Origin: Ramazzottius varieornatus
Taxonomy: Eukaryota > Animalia > Tardigrada
Assembly (NCBI GenBank): GCA_001949185.1
Contig: BDGG01000004.1
Span: forward strand, 3,629,777 to 3,693,776
Direction of reading: 5' to 3'
Length of the DNA: 64,000 nucleotides
Part shown: positions 26,540 through 39,709 of the stretch, piece after piece
Position numbering within the stretch: position 1 is the stretch's first letter
How the letters are laid out: each line of letters starts with the position of its first letter
The notes under the pieces: model-generated
Seen by the model: the letters and a program-made list of their open reading frames with translations, nothing else
Databases searched by the model: none
What the model was told of the DNA's origin: nothing
Translations under genes and position numbers: made by a program

Positions 26540-27202
26540 GTTCCGATCTTTCCGTACGACTTGTCACTATCGTAGTTCCGTCCAGCTGACTTGATCCACC
26601 GACGACCGCCTATTGCACAAAAGCAGGTGGGACGTTACGATTAAACGGTGACTAAGATCCAAGGGATTGTGATCGAGGGTCTTCACACCTGCACAACAGA
26701 AGAACTGGCGTGGCCAGGGAAGAACAACTACAGCTGACCAAGCAGTAAAGCGGGTCAGGTTGTTGAAGGAAATCGCAATCTCTTTCATCAAAGGATCGCT
26801 CCGTCCCGCAATGCCGCTGTGGCAACTGTGTGAAAGCCCAGCTCGTGCATATGCATGCTGTGATTTTGCAGTTTGCAAGTAAGGAGAACGATTGATTGAC
26901 TGTTAAGGAACGTAGGTGTCTGTCACGCATGGTCTTGCAGGCTCTCCCTCTCTGGACAAGGCGCGCTTCACAGATCTTCCCGGTTCCAGAAAATCCCGTT
27001 TAGTACCGAAATCAGTCTGCCTTTGGATATCTGTGTTTTGATTACCAGTCGCCTAGACTTGCCTGAGGTGCAACAATTGAATAAAGGTACTCCATAAGAC
27101 GGACTGCGGCTCTTTAGCGATCTCCTGCAGAAGGTAAGGCAAGTGTAGAGACGGATGTATGCTTGAGTATATGTATATGTACCAGGTTTTGTTTATTTCA
27201 AG

Positions 27203-29265
27203 ATGGCCACCCAAGTCCCGACTGGTCCCGTGCGGGGTGACTACGAGAAGAAGGTCTCCTACTACTATGACGCCGATGTGGGTAACTTCTACTACGGACA
27301 AGGCCATCCCATGAAGCCCCATCGTATTCGCATGGCTCATAACCTCATCCTCAACTATGGCCTTTATCGCAAGATGGAGGTGTATCGTCCACACAAGGCA
27401 ACCTTCGAGGAGATGACCAAGTTCCATTCTGATGAGTACATTCGCTTCTTGAGAGCAGTCAAGCCAGACAACCTGGCCAGCTTCAACAAGTACATGCAGC
27501 AGTTCAACGTTGGGGAAGACTGTCCCGTCTTTGATGGCATATACGAGTTCTGCCAGCTCTACACCGGCGGGTCCGTCGCGGGAGCCATCAAGCTGAACAA
27601 ACGCCAGACGGACATTGCCGTGAACTGGGCTGGTGGTCTCCATCATGCTAAGAAAGCAGAAGCGTCGGGCTTCTGCTATGTTAACGTAAGTCACCGTTCT
27701 TGGTGGACTACAGTAATTAATGAAACAATTTTAATACTAAAACTAATAGGACCGGATATTCGGAAGATAAAAATATTTGGAAAATCAAAAACTGAGCGAA
27801 ATGGTTCTCATAAAAGCTGGACTGGATAGATTTCTGTTTTCTGTTTCCACAGGACATTGTTTTGGCCATTTTGGAACTGCTAAAGTACCACCAGCGCGTT
27901 CTGTACGTGGACATCGACGTCCATCACGGAGATGGCGTTGAAGAAGCCTTCTTCACGACAGACCGTGTCTTGACGGTCTCGTACCACAAGTACGGCGAGT
28001 ACTTTCCTGGTACCGGAGACTTGAATGACATTGGTGCGGGCAAGGGTAAGCACTACGCAGTAAACTTTCCCCTGCGTGACGGTGTGGACGATGCCAGCTA
28101 CGAAGAGATCTTCGCTCCTGTCATGAGGAAAGTCATGGAGTTTTACGATCCCGGCGCTGTGGTACTCCAGTGTGGAGCAGACTCACTGACTGGCGATCGT
28201 CTGGGCTGCTTCAACCTCACCGTGAAGGGACATGCACGATGTGTCGAGTTTATGAAGACATTCAATAAGCCGTTGCTGCTGTTGGGTGGTGGCGGTTACA
28301 CTATCAAGAACGTGGCCAGATGTTGGACATACGAAACTGCCGTCGCACTAGGTAATGCGAAGAATCTAGGGTTATGATTTTGTATCAGGGGACCCAAGTT
28401 GCTAACAAGAAACAGAATCTAAAGATCGGTAAAAGACTAGACGAAGTATTCCATGAACCTGCGTACTCAGTGCTGTGCAGTCAAGGGGCTGGCATTGTAT
28501 GCAGGTTCATGAATGAAACGGTGAGGTCTTTCACATAAAGATCAAATTGTTCTTTTTATTCTAGTCTGTTTTACCTGCTGTTACGAAGCTGTCTCCTCTT
28601 TCTGACAGCATTCATCTTTTTCCTTTTTAGGTGTGGAAGTCCCGAATGAGCTGCCCTACAATGACTACTTCGAGTACTTTGCACCCGACTTCAAGCTGCA
28701 CATCGCGCCATCCAACATGTCCAACCTCAACTCCACAGATTACCTTAGCCAGGTAAAAGACCGACTTTTCGAAAACCTTCGCCACATGCCGTTTGCCCCG
28801 TCAGTGCAGCAGCATGATGTGCCTCGTGATGCCATGGATCTCGACGAGATGGAGCGGGCAGCGATGGATGCTGCCAACCCCGACGAACGAGTTCCTCAGG
28901 CTTTGAAGGACCGGATCCGCGAACGGGAGAACGACAACAACGACATCGCGGAAGGTGGGGAACGCAGTGGCGATCGGGATTTAGACGTCAATGGGGAGAT
29001 GCCGCACAGCAATGGAATGAGTCGGAAACGACTGCTGCCGGAAGGCTTCGCTGATTCCATGGAAGATGACAACCAAGGACGCGGGATCCTTAACGGAGCG
29101 GTAAGTACGTCTGTCGTCGCCTTGGCTGGAACGACCGCCGAAGCGGCCACGGTGGAACCCATGGAAGTCGTGACGACACACACAGTCGATGCTGTCAAGA
29201 ATCCTGATGGAACGACCACCGTCACAACCACGGAGCAGACCAAGACGACTGCGGTGGTGCAGTAG
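27203..29265 (+). CDS. HDAC1: Class I histone deacetylase HDAC1/2 (Rpd3), 3 coding exons
   Basis: [67 protein letters not shown] and [10 protein letters not shown]. Confidence 0.97.
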
Positions 29266-29606
29266 TCAAGCTACTTAGGTCTCTTCCCATCCGTTGTTAC
29301 GTTAACTATCTTGATAATCCTTGTTTTTTATTTAACCTACGGCGCTTTTCCAATGTCTGCTTCTCATGTGTCCGGGCTAGTATCACTTGTAATAACAGCG
29401 ATATTGCCTTTAAGAATCATTAGTCTTGCGACTCTTGTCTTTTAGCTACAGGAATGACCATGCAAGGCAGTTACTTTCTCAGTAGCGATATTTCCTCGCT
29501 AAATCGACCATTTATATTTTATATTGTGTAGTGTCTCGCATACTAGCGATTCTGACGGGCCGTTGTCTCTTGGCGCTTAATCGTGTACAATTAAAACACT
29601 GTAATG

Positions 29607-29890
29607 GTACGAGGAGCTGGTCTTAACTTTGTCCACGGCAAAACTTTGTACACATACGTCACGAGTTACTTGCAGGCTCTTCAGGCTTGCGACGTTTCCA
29701 TTGATGTACGTGGGAGGTGGGCGGATGATTTGAACCAGATCGTCATCTTGAGTGGCGCACGTTCCCATTTCTGCGGACTAAGTGTGCGCCACTTGGGAAA
29801 ACCATCTGATTCAGATCATTTGCCCACGTCCCATGTGTACAAAGCTTTGGCCTAGACAAAGTTAGGACCAGCTCCTCCGCCTCCTCGTAC
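29607..29890. repeat. Long fold-back (~280 bp) containing copy D of the palindromic element, between HDAC1 and TIMM50 3' ends
   Basis: Outer arms gaggagctggtcttaactttgtc...ctttgtacacat and atgtgtacaaag...gacaaagttaggaccagctcctc. Inner 51-bp arms at 29710-29760 and 29784-29834. Confidence 0.85.
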
Positions 29891-30090
29891 TCGGTTTGCC
29901 AGAGCATCCGATTTCTTCGTCTGCACACTTTTTCAACGTTTGTCAGTCTGAGTGAATGAAATATGTCATTATAAGTTAGGGACAGGAGAACAGCAGGTTA
30001 TCGAAAAGGTAAAAAAGGGTGCAAACCAACAACTTGTCAAGACCCCACTTTGATAACACAAAAACAACTAACAGCAGCGCAGAATGCCGA

Positions 30091-32119
30091 CTATCTTCTG
30101 CTGAAAACCGACGGGACAAGAGAACTGAGAAAACTCCTCCTTTCTTTTTCTTCCTGGAGGTTGGACTGTAAAGCTAATGTTTTGACTTGCTCTTCCTGCA
30201 ACAAAACAGAGTTTCGAAGTCAGCCGCATACAAAATAGGCGTAACAGCCCAGGGCCGTTTAGTACTCACTCGCAATATCTGCTGCCGCTTTCTGAAGGCT
30301 TCTAGAATATCATCTTCACTCTTGTAATTATCCAGAACTTCTCTCACGTCTTCCACCTCACTGGCGGCGATCGCTATAGAAAAAGAGTGCATTAGGAAAC
30401 GAAAAAGGATCCACGACTTTGATGTGGCAGCTTCGTGGTATGCCTTACAAGAAAAGACGATACTTACTTTTCAAAAAGGCAGCGAGGTCATACAATGTTC
30501 TGTCGTCGTCATTTCCGGTCCACTTCGGGAGGAATATGGCGTTCCTGTCATGACCCGGTACTACGTTCGAATCCCACTCAACCACGATCGTCTTCGACAG
30601 GTCGCGATTAAGGTATGATAAATCCTAGACGGAGAACCCACAACAGGTGAATAACTAGGTGATGACACTGAGTTCAAACGAAGCGAACTCACTTTGACAT
30701 GTTTTCCTTTGATGTACCGGGTGGAATCGCGGAACAGGCGGTACATGATAAAACCGTTGGGATCCAGTCCAAGCAGGATAGGGAAAGCTGTCTGCAATGA
30801 CATCACGGTTCTTAGAAGAACTGAATCTATACTTACTGCTTGCTAGATAAAGCGCGAAGATCGGAGAACTCACAAACGCTTGTTCGTTCGTATAAACGAC
30901 AATTTCAAAATACGGTCCAGCTAACTGTTCCAGGAAATAATCTACGCCTGGTCGCTTCTTGAACCTCCAGCCAGTTCCGTACTACACAGAAGAAATAGAG
31001 AAGGTGTTTAGATTTACATATCTTTGATACGCGAAGAGCTTACGGTCCAGTCGGGATGTACTAAAATGCCGGTCATTTCCAGCACTACGGTATAGGGCGG
31101 TTGGTGGTAGGGTTCCTTGAGTGGATCTGGCAAAAGCTTTTCCCGCGAAGGCTCTTTTATCATCTGCAACAGATGGGTCGTTACAGCAGTGTTGAAGAAC
31201 TATGGAAATGGAACTCACCTTCTCATAAAAGACAACTTCTTTCCATGCTCGAAGAAGGTACTGCTTCCATACAGGCACTGCCAGAGAATATGACATCTCG
31301 TTGCTTATGAAACGTAGTCTAAAGCCAAGGGTATTGAAATACATAAATTACTTACTGTCACTAAATTCATCCCTAATCTGCGAAGAAGACAGACACAAGA
31401 TTATTAGTGCGTACACGAGGAAAGCGGTATAAACCCACATACTGTCGTCAGCTGATTGCAGAAACACCATCAAATGTACTTACCACGTCTCCTTGATCAT
31501 CAATCTTTGGTTGTCCTGTAAAGGAAAGAACACTTAGCTGTATTTCATTGGAGATAAACAGGAAGATTCCAGAATGAAATTGTTCAGTTACTGTACCCCA
31601 TTCGAGGACAGCGAAGCCGGCTGCGCCAGTTAATGAAAGTCCCATTGCAATGAGTGACCATTTCATCGCCCGCTTTTGAAAAGCTTCTTTCCTTTTCCGC
31701 TCTTCTTCTTCAGGATTCACTGCTCCAGCAGCCGTCGTAATCGTGTCTGAGGGAGCGGTAACCTCGGCGGGCTCGCTGCCAGATAGTGGACCTGCTTGCG
31801 TCACCGGTGGCTTTTCGCTGTCTGCGCTCTTATCGGCGAACATCCTCCTTGGGATGCATGACATCTGCAGGCGCTTCGAACTAGAAAGAAGCTGATATCT
31901 CCGAAGGTATGCTCCCTTGTCTCCAGCGAAAAACGCGGTTGTGGGGATGCTGGCAGCGGACTGAGTAGAGTGTGGACGTATTCCGCCGAGATGACATCTT
32001 GAGGTGTGGTCGCGGAATTCCACAGTTGACGCAGAAGAGCTTTGTCCGGGGAACAGGTATACATGTCGCGCGAGCGTGGATATCTTCTTAGAGACGATAG
32101 TCTTTCCCACGAGCGCCAT
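30091..32119 (-). CDS. TIMM50: Mitochondrial inner membrane translocase subunit Tim50, multi-exon
   Basis: Presequence, [24 protein letters not shown], then [50 protein letters not shown] and [13 protein letters not shown]. Confidence 0.93.
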
Positions 32120-32468
32120 TACTAGGACCACTCAACCACAAGGTAAATATCAAAGGCACAAAAGGATTTATTCGAAACAAGCTGATTTCCGATGAGCTGA
32201 TCGAACTGCGGAAAATAGTCAACATCCTCGAATTTAATCTCGGCCCTTGGGTTGCCCCGGGCGAGTCGCTGCTGGATTGATTGAAATACACGTTGATTTC
32301 ATGACCATACTGAATGCCCGGTATTATGCATCGCGCAGCTGATTGTTACTTATTCCATGACTTCCGTGACTCCGTAGCCTGGTTTTCGCGATCTTCCTCT
32401 CTCCGTAGTTTCTTCTCATTCCGTATCCTTCGGTGGTGTTACATTGGTTAACCATAGACTGCTATAGG

Positions 32469-35333
32469 ATGGATATCTATCTCGCTCAGAGCTTGGAGCA
32501 GGTACGTGCGGGTATTTCAGTTAGCCCATTAACGTCAACTGTTCTCGATGGGTACTCGTGGTGTGGCGCGAGTTGCACTGCTTACGGAAGTTTTGTTGCA
32601 GCATCTGAAGAGACACTCCTCAGGACGGCAGTACGGAATCCTGTATGGAATACGGCCATTACAACTGGATGATACGATGATCGGGCTCATGTGCACTTTC
32701 GTTGACGAAGAGTGCTTGCAAAGTTCGGAAGCTCTTCGACATCATCTCGACACGAACAACATGATATTGCCTACTGGTACGAAATAACAGAAGTTTAGCG
32801 TATATATGGTTGGTATCCCCCGGCGAGGTCCATACTGTTGAGCATATTGCTTTCTGGTAGGTCTCCATGTGATTGGCTTAGTTGATTTCACGAAATCCCC
32901 ACACAACTACCGCGACGGATTATCCGAAGCGCAATACGAGTATCTCAGACTGCTCCATGAATTTTGCGAAAGTCAAGATCAACAGGTGAGTGATTGTTTG
33001 GCGTTAACATGGCAGAAATAAGCTTTGCTGTGTCGTGGTTTCAGGTGGCAAGAGTTGTGGTTCTCGTGGAGGACTCAGACGAAATTCCTCGACGTAAACT
33101 CCAGTTCAGAGGTTTCGTCTGGAAATCCTTAACAGACCCAACCGTGCAAAGCTCTCCAGTCATATGGAAAAGCTATGAAGCCATCCATCAAGATCTCGCC
33201 TATTTCCGGCTAAACGCTGTCATTGATAGCGCTATTACTCCAACCAACAGTAGACACGGTACAAATAACGGGAACCGCAGGTGTCCGGGTGTTGGACTCT
33301 GTGGTTGATATCTTGTCGGTGTTATATGCCGTAGGACTGGCGAAGGCACTGGAACAGAAGTTGCAAGATCTTCAGGTCGACAACAAGAACGACTACGCTT
33401 ACGGCCTACATGGGGACAATTCTGTCATCTTGCTTCCTTCGACGCCAGCAACCGTAGTCGCAAATCCCAACATGGGTGCCACCTCCCCTACAACATCCAT
33501 CAAAGACTTCCTGACAGCGTACTCGAAACGAGAAGCCAAAGAAGCAAAACCTCTAAAAAGCGACGGGATAAGTTCGTTGTCTGATGTGACCCAAGGTTTT
33601 CTTCCGGTAAGTCTCTGGGGTATTCATATGTAGCGAGCTGAAACGGGTGTCGTTTTTACATTACAGGAATCTTTGGTAGAGATGAACCTCTTCTCGAACG
33701 CGACAGACGCAAGATCATTACACGGCAGTTCGCCCCTCTTGACCATAGGGGAAGGAGCAACGCAGTTGATCAGACTTTCCATCGACTGCTTCATCGTGTG
33801 TTCCAAGTCCAAAACATTGGCGAAGCTCGTGGAAGTAGTGGAAGACGCAAAGAGGAAGCAGCTCAACTCCATCCTGTATTTTATTCGTCGATGGGCGTTG
33901 TTTTATTCAAAACCCGATGAAGTAAGTTTTTTGACGTCATACTCTTGAGTCTGGTCCAAGTTCCTTGGTGCTCACTGTAGCCGTTTCAATGTTTCCCGCT
34001 ATTTTTTCCAGCTCCAAGTACCAATGCCATTCCACGTGATAAACGGACCGAATCTTCTTACTCTGTACACAGCTCCAAACGACGAAGTACTCGGTGAGGA
34101 CTTTGTTCGGCATCTGCACATCTTAGAAGTAGCGACCTATAAGATTTAGTATCTGTCATAGACCGGAATTTTGTTTGTTACAGACGAGTTCTTGGGAGAG
34201 ATCTACGACCGCTTCGGTTATACACCAGAATTGCCAGTTCTTCGAAAGGAATGTTCCCTGCGGAGTCGCCTAGTCATGTCGAAACGAAACATTCTCGATA
34301 TTGGCGACAAACTGGTCACAGGACCTAATAGTATGCACTGCAGTTTCTTCAAAGACTCACGGAACGATTTGGGGGGAGTAAGCTAATGTGCCTGATTTTT
34401 TAGGTAAGTTCCTGAAAGAAAGTTCGGACTGGGAGCTGACGAAGGTCCTCGGCTCGTACACCTACCATCATTACAAGCAGGACAGATTCGACGATGACGG
34501 CTGGGGATGCGCGTGAGTGTTGTCAATGAACTTTCTTTATGGGTGTTCCTCTTCTCTTAATCAAAATCCGTCCACGGTTTATTTTTTCCCTTTACAGTTA
34601 TCGGTCTCTGCAGACGCTGTTTTCCTGGTTCAAACTCCAGGGTTTCACGAAGGCACCGGTTCCGCATCACGAGCAGATACAGCGACTGCTAGTCGAGATC
34701 AAAGATAGGGAAAAGTCATTGATAGGCTCAAAGCAGTGGATTGGAGCGATGGAGATTTCGCGGACATTGGAGCAACTTTTAGGGGTGCGCCGTATAGCCA
34801 GCATTTCGCACTACAGCTGTGCCTGACTGTGCCCTCACTAAACCCCCTTTTTGCTTGCAGATTCAGTGTCGCATAGTGTATGTACAGGCTGGACGTGATC
34901 TGGGAACCGCTTTTGCGGCCTTGAAGAGTCATTTCGAAACGGAAGGCACGCCTGTCATGATCGGTGAGACGAGAACCCACCGCCGTGACTTCAGTTCAAT
35001 CTAGGAAACTTTCAATTGAATTTCTTGGTGTTTTGTATTCGAAAGGTGGGGGAGTGTATGCCCACACGATAGGCGGGGTAGCGGTCAATCGGACTACCGG
35101 TGAAGTAAAGGCTCTCGTGGTCGATCCGCATTATGTTGGAGAGGACAATGTGGACCTCGTATTCAAGAAGGTAAGTCTGTGACAATTGGAAGTTGAGTTA
35201 AAAAGACTGGGTCGAACGGTTGTGCTTGCAGAACGGAGTTGCATGGAGGACACCAGAGTTTTGGGATCAGAATGCTTTTTTTAATTTATGTTGTCCGCTA
35301 CGGCCAAGACTGTCGCCGTCGACGAGGGCGTGA
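32469..35333 (+). CDS. UFSP2: Ufm1-specific protease 2, multi-exon
   Basis: [27 protein letters not shown] (catalytic Cys), [26 protein letters not shown] and FFNLCCP, preceded by a long N-terminal domain. Confidence 0.93.
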
Positions 35334-35497
35334 AGTTTCCAACATTCTTGACGTTCATACACCATTTTTTTCTATGATTCAATGGTACGTCACTGCTAAT
35401 GTTCAGCCTTGTGCGAAAATACGTACTAACGAATTCCATTAATACTCAAATATGCGTTTCCCTCCCACTCAGAAAAGGGAACCAAATACGAAAATTT

Positions 35498-36543
35498 TTA
35501 TGCGGTGTTGTTGTCGAGCTCACGCAGAAACGCGTCTACTAGTTCGTTCTGTTGTTTCTTCGACTGAGCTCGCTGATCGGCAGATCCTGCTTGTTCCCCG
35601 TTTACTGAGTCACGACCTGCCAAAAAAAGAACAGAGACAAAGCTCATAATACACTGGCGAAGATAACCCATTCTTGTACCGGCAAAGACACAGAAAATAA
35701 AACCGAATACGTTTGAAACAAGCCCAAAGATTCCAACTGTATGTACTCACCAGGTTCAGTGTCATGGTCTTCCAACATCGTTCCCGCCGGCCAGAACAAA
35801 TACTCGGCTTCAGAGAAACAGATGTCTGAGAGGCGGTCAGCACTGTCTGAAATACAAGTTCGCTGGTAGACATGATAAACAACCGACTCTTTAGGGTAAA
35901 TTTAACTAACCTTCTTGGACTGAAAAAGAAGCTGGGTTTTGTGATCGACAGTGTACGGCGACACCATGCCCCTTGTACGGCGCTTCTTGAGATTCATAAA
36001 CATCGTCGCCAATCCGTAGATACAGGACGTTCTTATGATAAGCAAAGAAGGTCGGCTGTTCGAAGTAGCCTGCATCTCTTGGAGCTCCTACAATCCGACA
36101 GCGGACATTCCTCTGCAACAGATCAACTGTGAGATATGTTCAGAAACGCCAGAGCCAAAAACGCAGCAACGAGTCCAAAACAAAGGTAAATCACAGTGGC
36201 CGACGCTGAACTTACTGCACCTTTGAATCGTCCGTGACAATGAAGTCCATGACGACTTTGGAATGTTGATCCGCTCGCTTCCGATGGCAAAGAGCGATAA
36301 GTTAAGTAAGGTCTGGATCCAGTAGGGGTAGCTGGATAAGTGTCAAATAGTGGCAAGCAATCTGGACACTGGTTATTCCCGAATCCCGTCAGGATTCAGC
36401 TGATACACTGCGTGAAGGGAAGACCACTGTAGTGCTGCTGAACCGCGCGTCTGTCGGAGCATGGTAAGCCAAAACGCGCAAACTGAAAATGGTAGACCAT
36501 AAAATTACCAGAGCTGGGGCCCGTATACAGGAAACCTTGACAT
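35498..36543 (-). CDS. Uncharacterised multi-exon protein (~200 aa); 5' end uncertain
   Basis: In-frame GT-AG exon chain YPYWIQTLLNLSLFAIG...QRC/IDLLQRNVRCRIVGAPRDAGYFEQPTFF...VQE/DSADRLSDICFSEAEYLFWPAG...EP/GRDSV...LDNNTA*. No family recognised. Confidence 0.45.
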
Positions 36544-37148
36544 CGAATGCCGGTAACAATGCTTTTTCAAATCCCGAGCTAAGTGCTGCAGTCAATCAAC
36601 TGAAGGATCGCGTTTCTTCTTTTCATGTCCAAGCTATAGCAGCGGTTGATTGACTGGTCTGGCTCTTCGCTTAAATTAACAGTCATGTACGTCGCAGAAT
36701 TTGTACGTCATGGCTAAAATCTGCTCCGCGTTGCGCCCTGACGCATGACGTCAAGGATACTTTATGGTGTTCTTCCTTCCAGCAACGCGCGCTTCAGCAG
36801 CACATCAGTGGGGAAGACTGGCCGATTGAGCGAGTCACGTCACATGTGACATACATCAGACGACATGATATACTAAATAACACTGGTATCTCAAACTCAC
36901 GGAGTTACGGTTTCCGCAGAGGCAGATTCTGGCAGAGGCTTCTGGTTTTTGTTACGCGAGGACTTCGTCGATTCTCGTTCCCCATCCACCCTCGATCTAC
37001 CTCATCGATTTGTCGTATGTGAGTTCACGTTGCAGGTTTCCCCTTCATATAAGTTGCAAGGCGGAAGTAGCTGGAGAAGCACTGGAGCAATCCTGGCCAG
37101 CTGGTCCACGTAAGACGTTGGTTGTACCATCGTTCTCCTGAAGTCGCA

Positions 37149-37941
37149 ATGATTTCGTGTTCGAGAGTTATAAGATCCGTCACTTGTGCACTGTGGAGAC
37201 CTTCCGCTTCACACGTGCAAGTTCCCGGACCGTATTTCCTTACAAGAAATCTTTTTACATCATGCATACGGGATGGGATATACACTCCGGAAGACTTGGT
37301 AAGGACGCTTCAGGATTCGGTACTTTGCTAGTCTGCTGCATATGCCACTGATTACACTAAAATTAATCGCGAAAAATTACACACGATGTCTGCCTAACCA
37401 TGTTAAGATGCTGCTGTGGAATAAGCGTACATTTTCCTCTGCAGCCTCCACCAGGCCCGCCGACACATCCTCCCATAAACATAAGACTACGGGGCTACGA
37501 TTTTACCGTCTTGGAGCATTACATGTATTACCTGTCGAAGATGGCTCACTACCTCGGCGTGACCGGAAGTAAAAGGTGAGGTATTTTGGAGTTGAGCCAT
37601 ATCTTCTACTAGATCGGAGACTAATGTGGACGCCTGCTTTCAGATGGGCAACACCTGCTACCACTTCGCGCATCACGACCTTCAAAGCCCAAAGCAGCCT
37701 TGTCGAGAACGACTACGAGCTTCATTTGTACGACAGAACCGTTCAGCTTTCTGGAATGACGGCACCGATTGCATCCTTGATACTTGACGTTGTGAACAGT
37801 ACGCTACCTGAAGGGATCACTGTTACGGTGAAGGTCCACGAAGAAGCTGAAGAGGAGATTCGGTATATCCCGGATTACGAGCTGGTTGCTTTGAAGAATC
37901 AACTAGAAGACATGAACGCTTCTTCCGGAAAGAAACCATAG
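37149..37941 (+). CDS. MRPL48: Mitochondrial ribosomal protein L48 (S10-like domain)
   Basis: Presequence, IYTPEDL, NIRLRGYDFTVLEHY and YDRTVQLSGMTAP...LPEGITVTVKVHEE...RYIPDYEL. Confidence 0.85.
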
Positions 37942-38357
37942 TGTGGTTGCGACGAACTTTCTTGTGGGCTCTGAGTCTCTGCGCGCAGCTGCTCTGTGTT
38001 CTCCTGTCAAAGAATTCAAGAAGCCTGATAAGACGAGCGCAGGGCTTGTTTCTTATTGTCGCTTAATTTCAAATGCGAATGCAGAGACGGTGTATATTTT
38101 TGACTGATTTGGTTTTACTTGTTGAGTTATAGTGGTAAACTCAAAAATGTACATTTTTTCCTAAACGTTGAGCTCGTACATGGACCGGCGCAATTAATGT
38201 AATTCCATGGCATATCGTCAACCGTGACATCAGTAACTATACGATAAAATTGAAATTTGTATCACATCGGGTGAAGGAACCGAGTAACTACCAACCTAAA
38301 CTAATCCAGAGATATCTCATAACGCAATAAAATCAACAAACCGCCTCGCAACTCCTA

Positions 38358-39709
38358 TCAAGTTTTACCGGCTTCAATGAAAGTTACATTTCCGTCATCG
38401 TGTCCAAAGTAAGCCGACTTGGCCATGTTGACGAAAATTCCGGTTTCGGCAACACCTGAAAAGTCGAAACTATCGTCAGTTTTTGAGTGGCAGCAGAGGG
38501 GAGACTCAGTCCGATAATAGTAGACGCGGAAGTGCAGACTGCAATTTTATTGCGTTCGACCAGGCTTTCGTGCTTCGTAACCATCTGACCAAATGCGACA
38601 CCTTACCGGGAAGTTTCTTGATGTATTCGTCCACGGTTTTCCAGTCCAACTTCGCCTCGGTCGGGAAACTCCAGTCCAAAATCAGATTACCAGCATCGGT
38701 GACGACGGGACCCTTTACAACAGAAAATAGTGGTTAAATAAGGAGGGCCAAATGTATACTAAAGCTTTGCGCATTAGAAAAGAACGATGGTGACGAGCGT
38801 GTGAAACTCACACATTTCTTTTCAGCTTGGCGGAGAGTAGTTTTCTTCTCATCCCCACCGAACTTCTTTAAGACTGCGGCCTTTATCTCTGGAGCATTAT
38901 GCGAATAGTCACACTGGACGACTTTGGAGCTGTCGATCTTGATTTCAATGGGAATTCCTTTTGTCCATGTTTGGCCCAACTGCTTAACTCTCTTCCTGCG
39001 GATCAGAATGATCAGTCGATTAGCACGTTGTGATTACAGTGAGAAGAAATATCAGCCTACGACTGGGTCGCGACAATGACGAGTTCCTTTGCGTGCAGTG
39101 CCACAGTTTTCTCCAGCAAGAAGCATCCTCCTCCTCCTTTGATCAAAGTCAAGTTCTCATCAACCTCATCTGCCCCGTCCACGTGCAGGTCGATCTATGA
39201 AACACAAAATTCGAAGCAGCTCTTCAATGTCGAGACAGCGAGAACAGAGGCTTAATCCCAGTGAGCACGCTGTAGGTAATAATGTCACGTTCACCATGGG
39301 TGTTTCATTGATATTGGTCAACTGGTCCTCCAGTCCATTATCGATAACCATCTGATAAGCTTGGAACGAGGTGGGGACAATTTTGATTTTGTTGGTCTTA
39401 AGATACTCGGCGAGACCTACGAGGAAGTGAAAGGAACAAAAAACATCATAAGATACAGTAACTTTTACAACGTTTGCGCGTTTTATGAATACCTATATCT
39501 TTTTCCCTCATGGCAAGCTCGATTGTTGTTCCACTTCCAAGGCCGAAGGATTTTATGTTTGTCTGCAAAAGAAGTAGCAAAAGGAGTGCGGTCAGGCGCC
39601 AGTAGGTTTACTATACGAATTTTTGCCATTAGCATTAACTCACGCGAGGCTGGAGGACCTTGCTCATAATGTACTTCGCCACCGCTCGTTTAGCTGCGTC
39701 TCCTGACAT
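38358..39709 (-). CDS. RPIA: Ribose-5-phosphate isomerase A, multi-exon
   Basis: [55 protein letters not shown] and PGVAETGIF. Confidence 0.94.

Noticed and set aside
27053-27694. 213-aa antisense ORF over HDAC1 (also 28896-29243, 42689-43183 and similar)
   Set aside because: Shadow ORFs caused by codon bias of the conserved sense gene.
29604-29855. 83-aa ORF downstream of HDAC1
   Set aside because: It lies wholly within the fold-back repeat and has no recognisable protein features.
32423-32457. U12-type donor-like GTATCCTT upstream of UFSP2
   Set aside because: The implied intron would be only ~35-45 nt and the branch site (ggttaac) is a poor TCCTTAAC match.
38358-39709. Horizontal transfer of RPIA, MCAT or RNase H2 from bacteria
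   Set aside because: All have spliceosomal introns and eukaryote-type sequence features, with no compositional anomaly visible.
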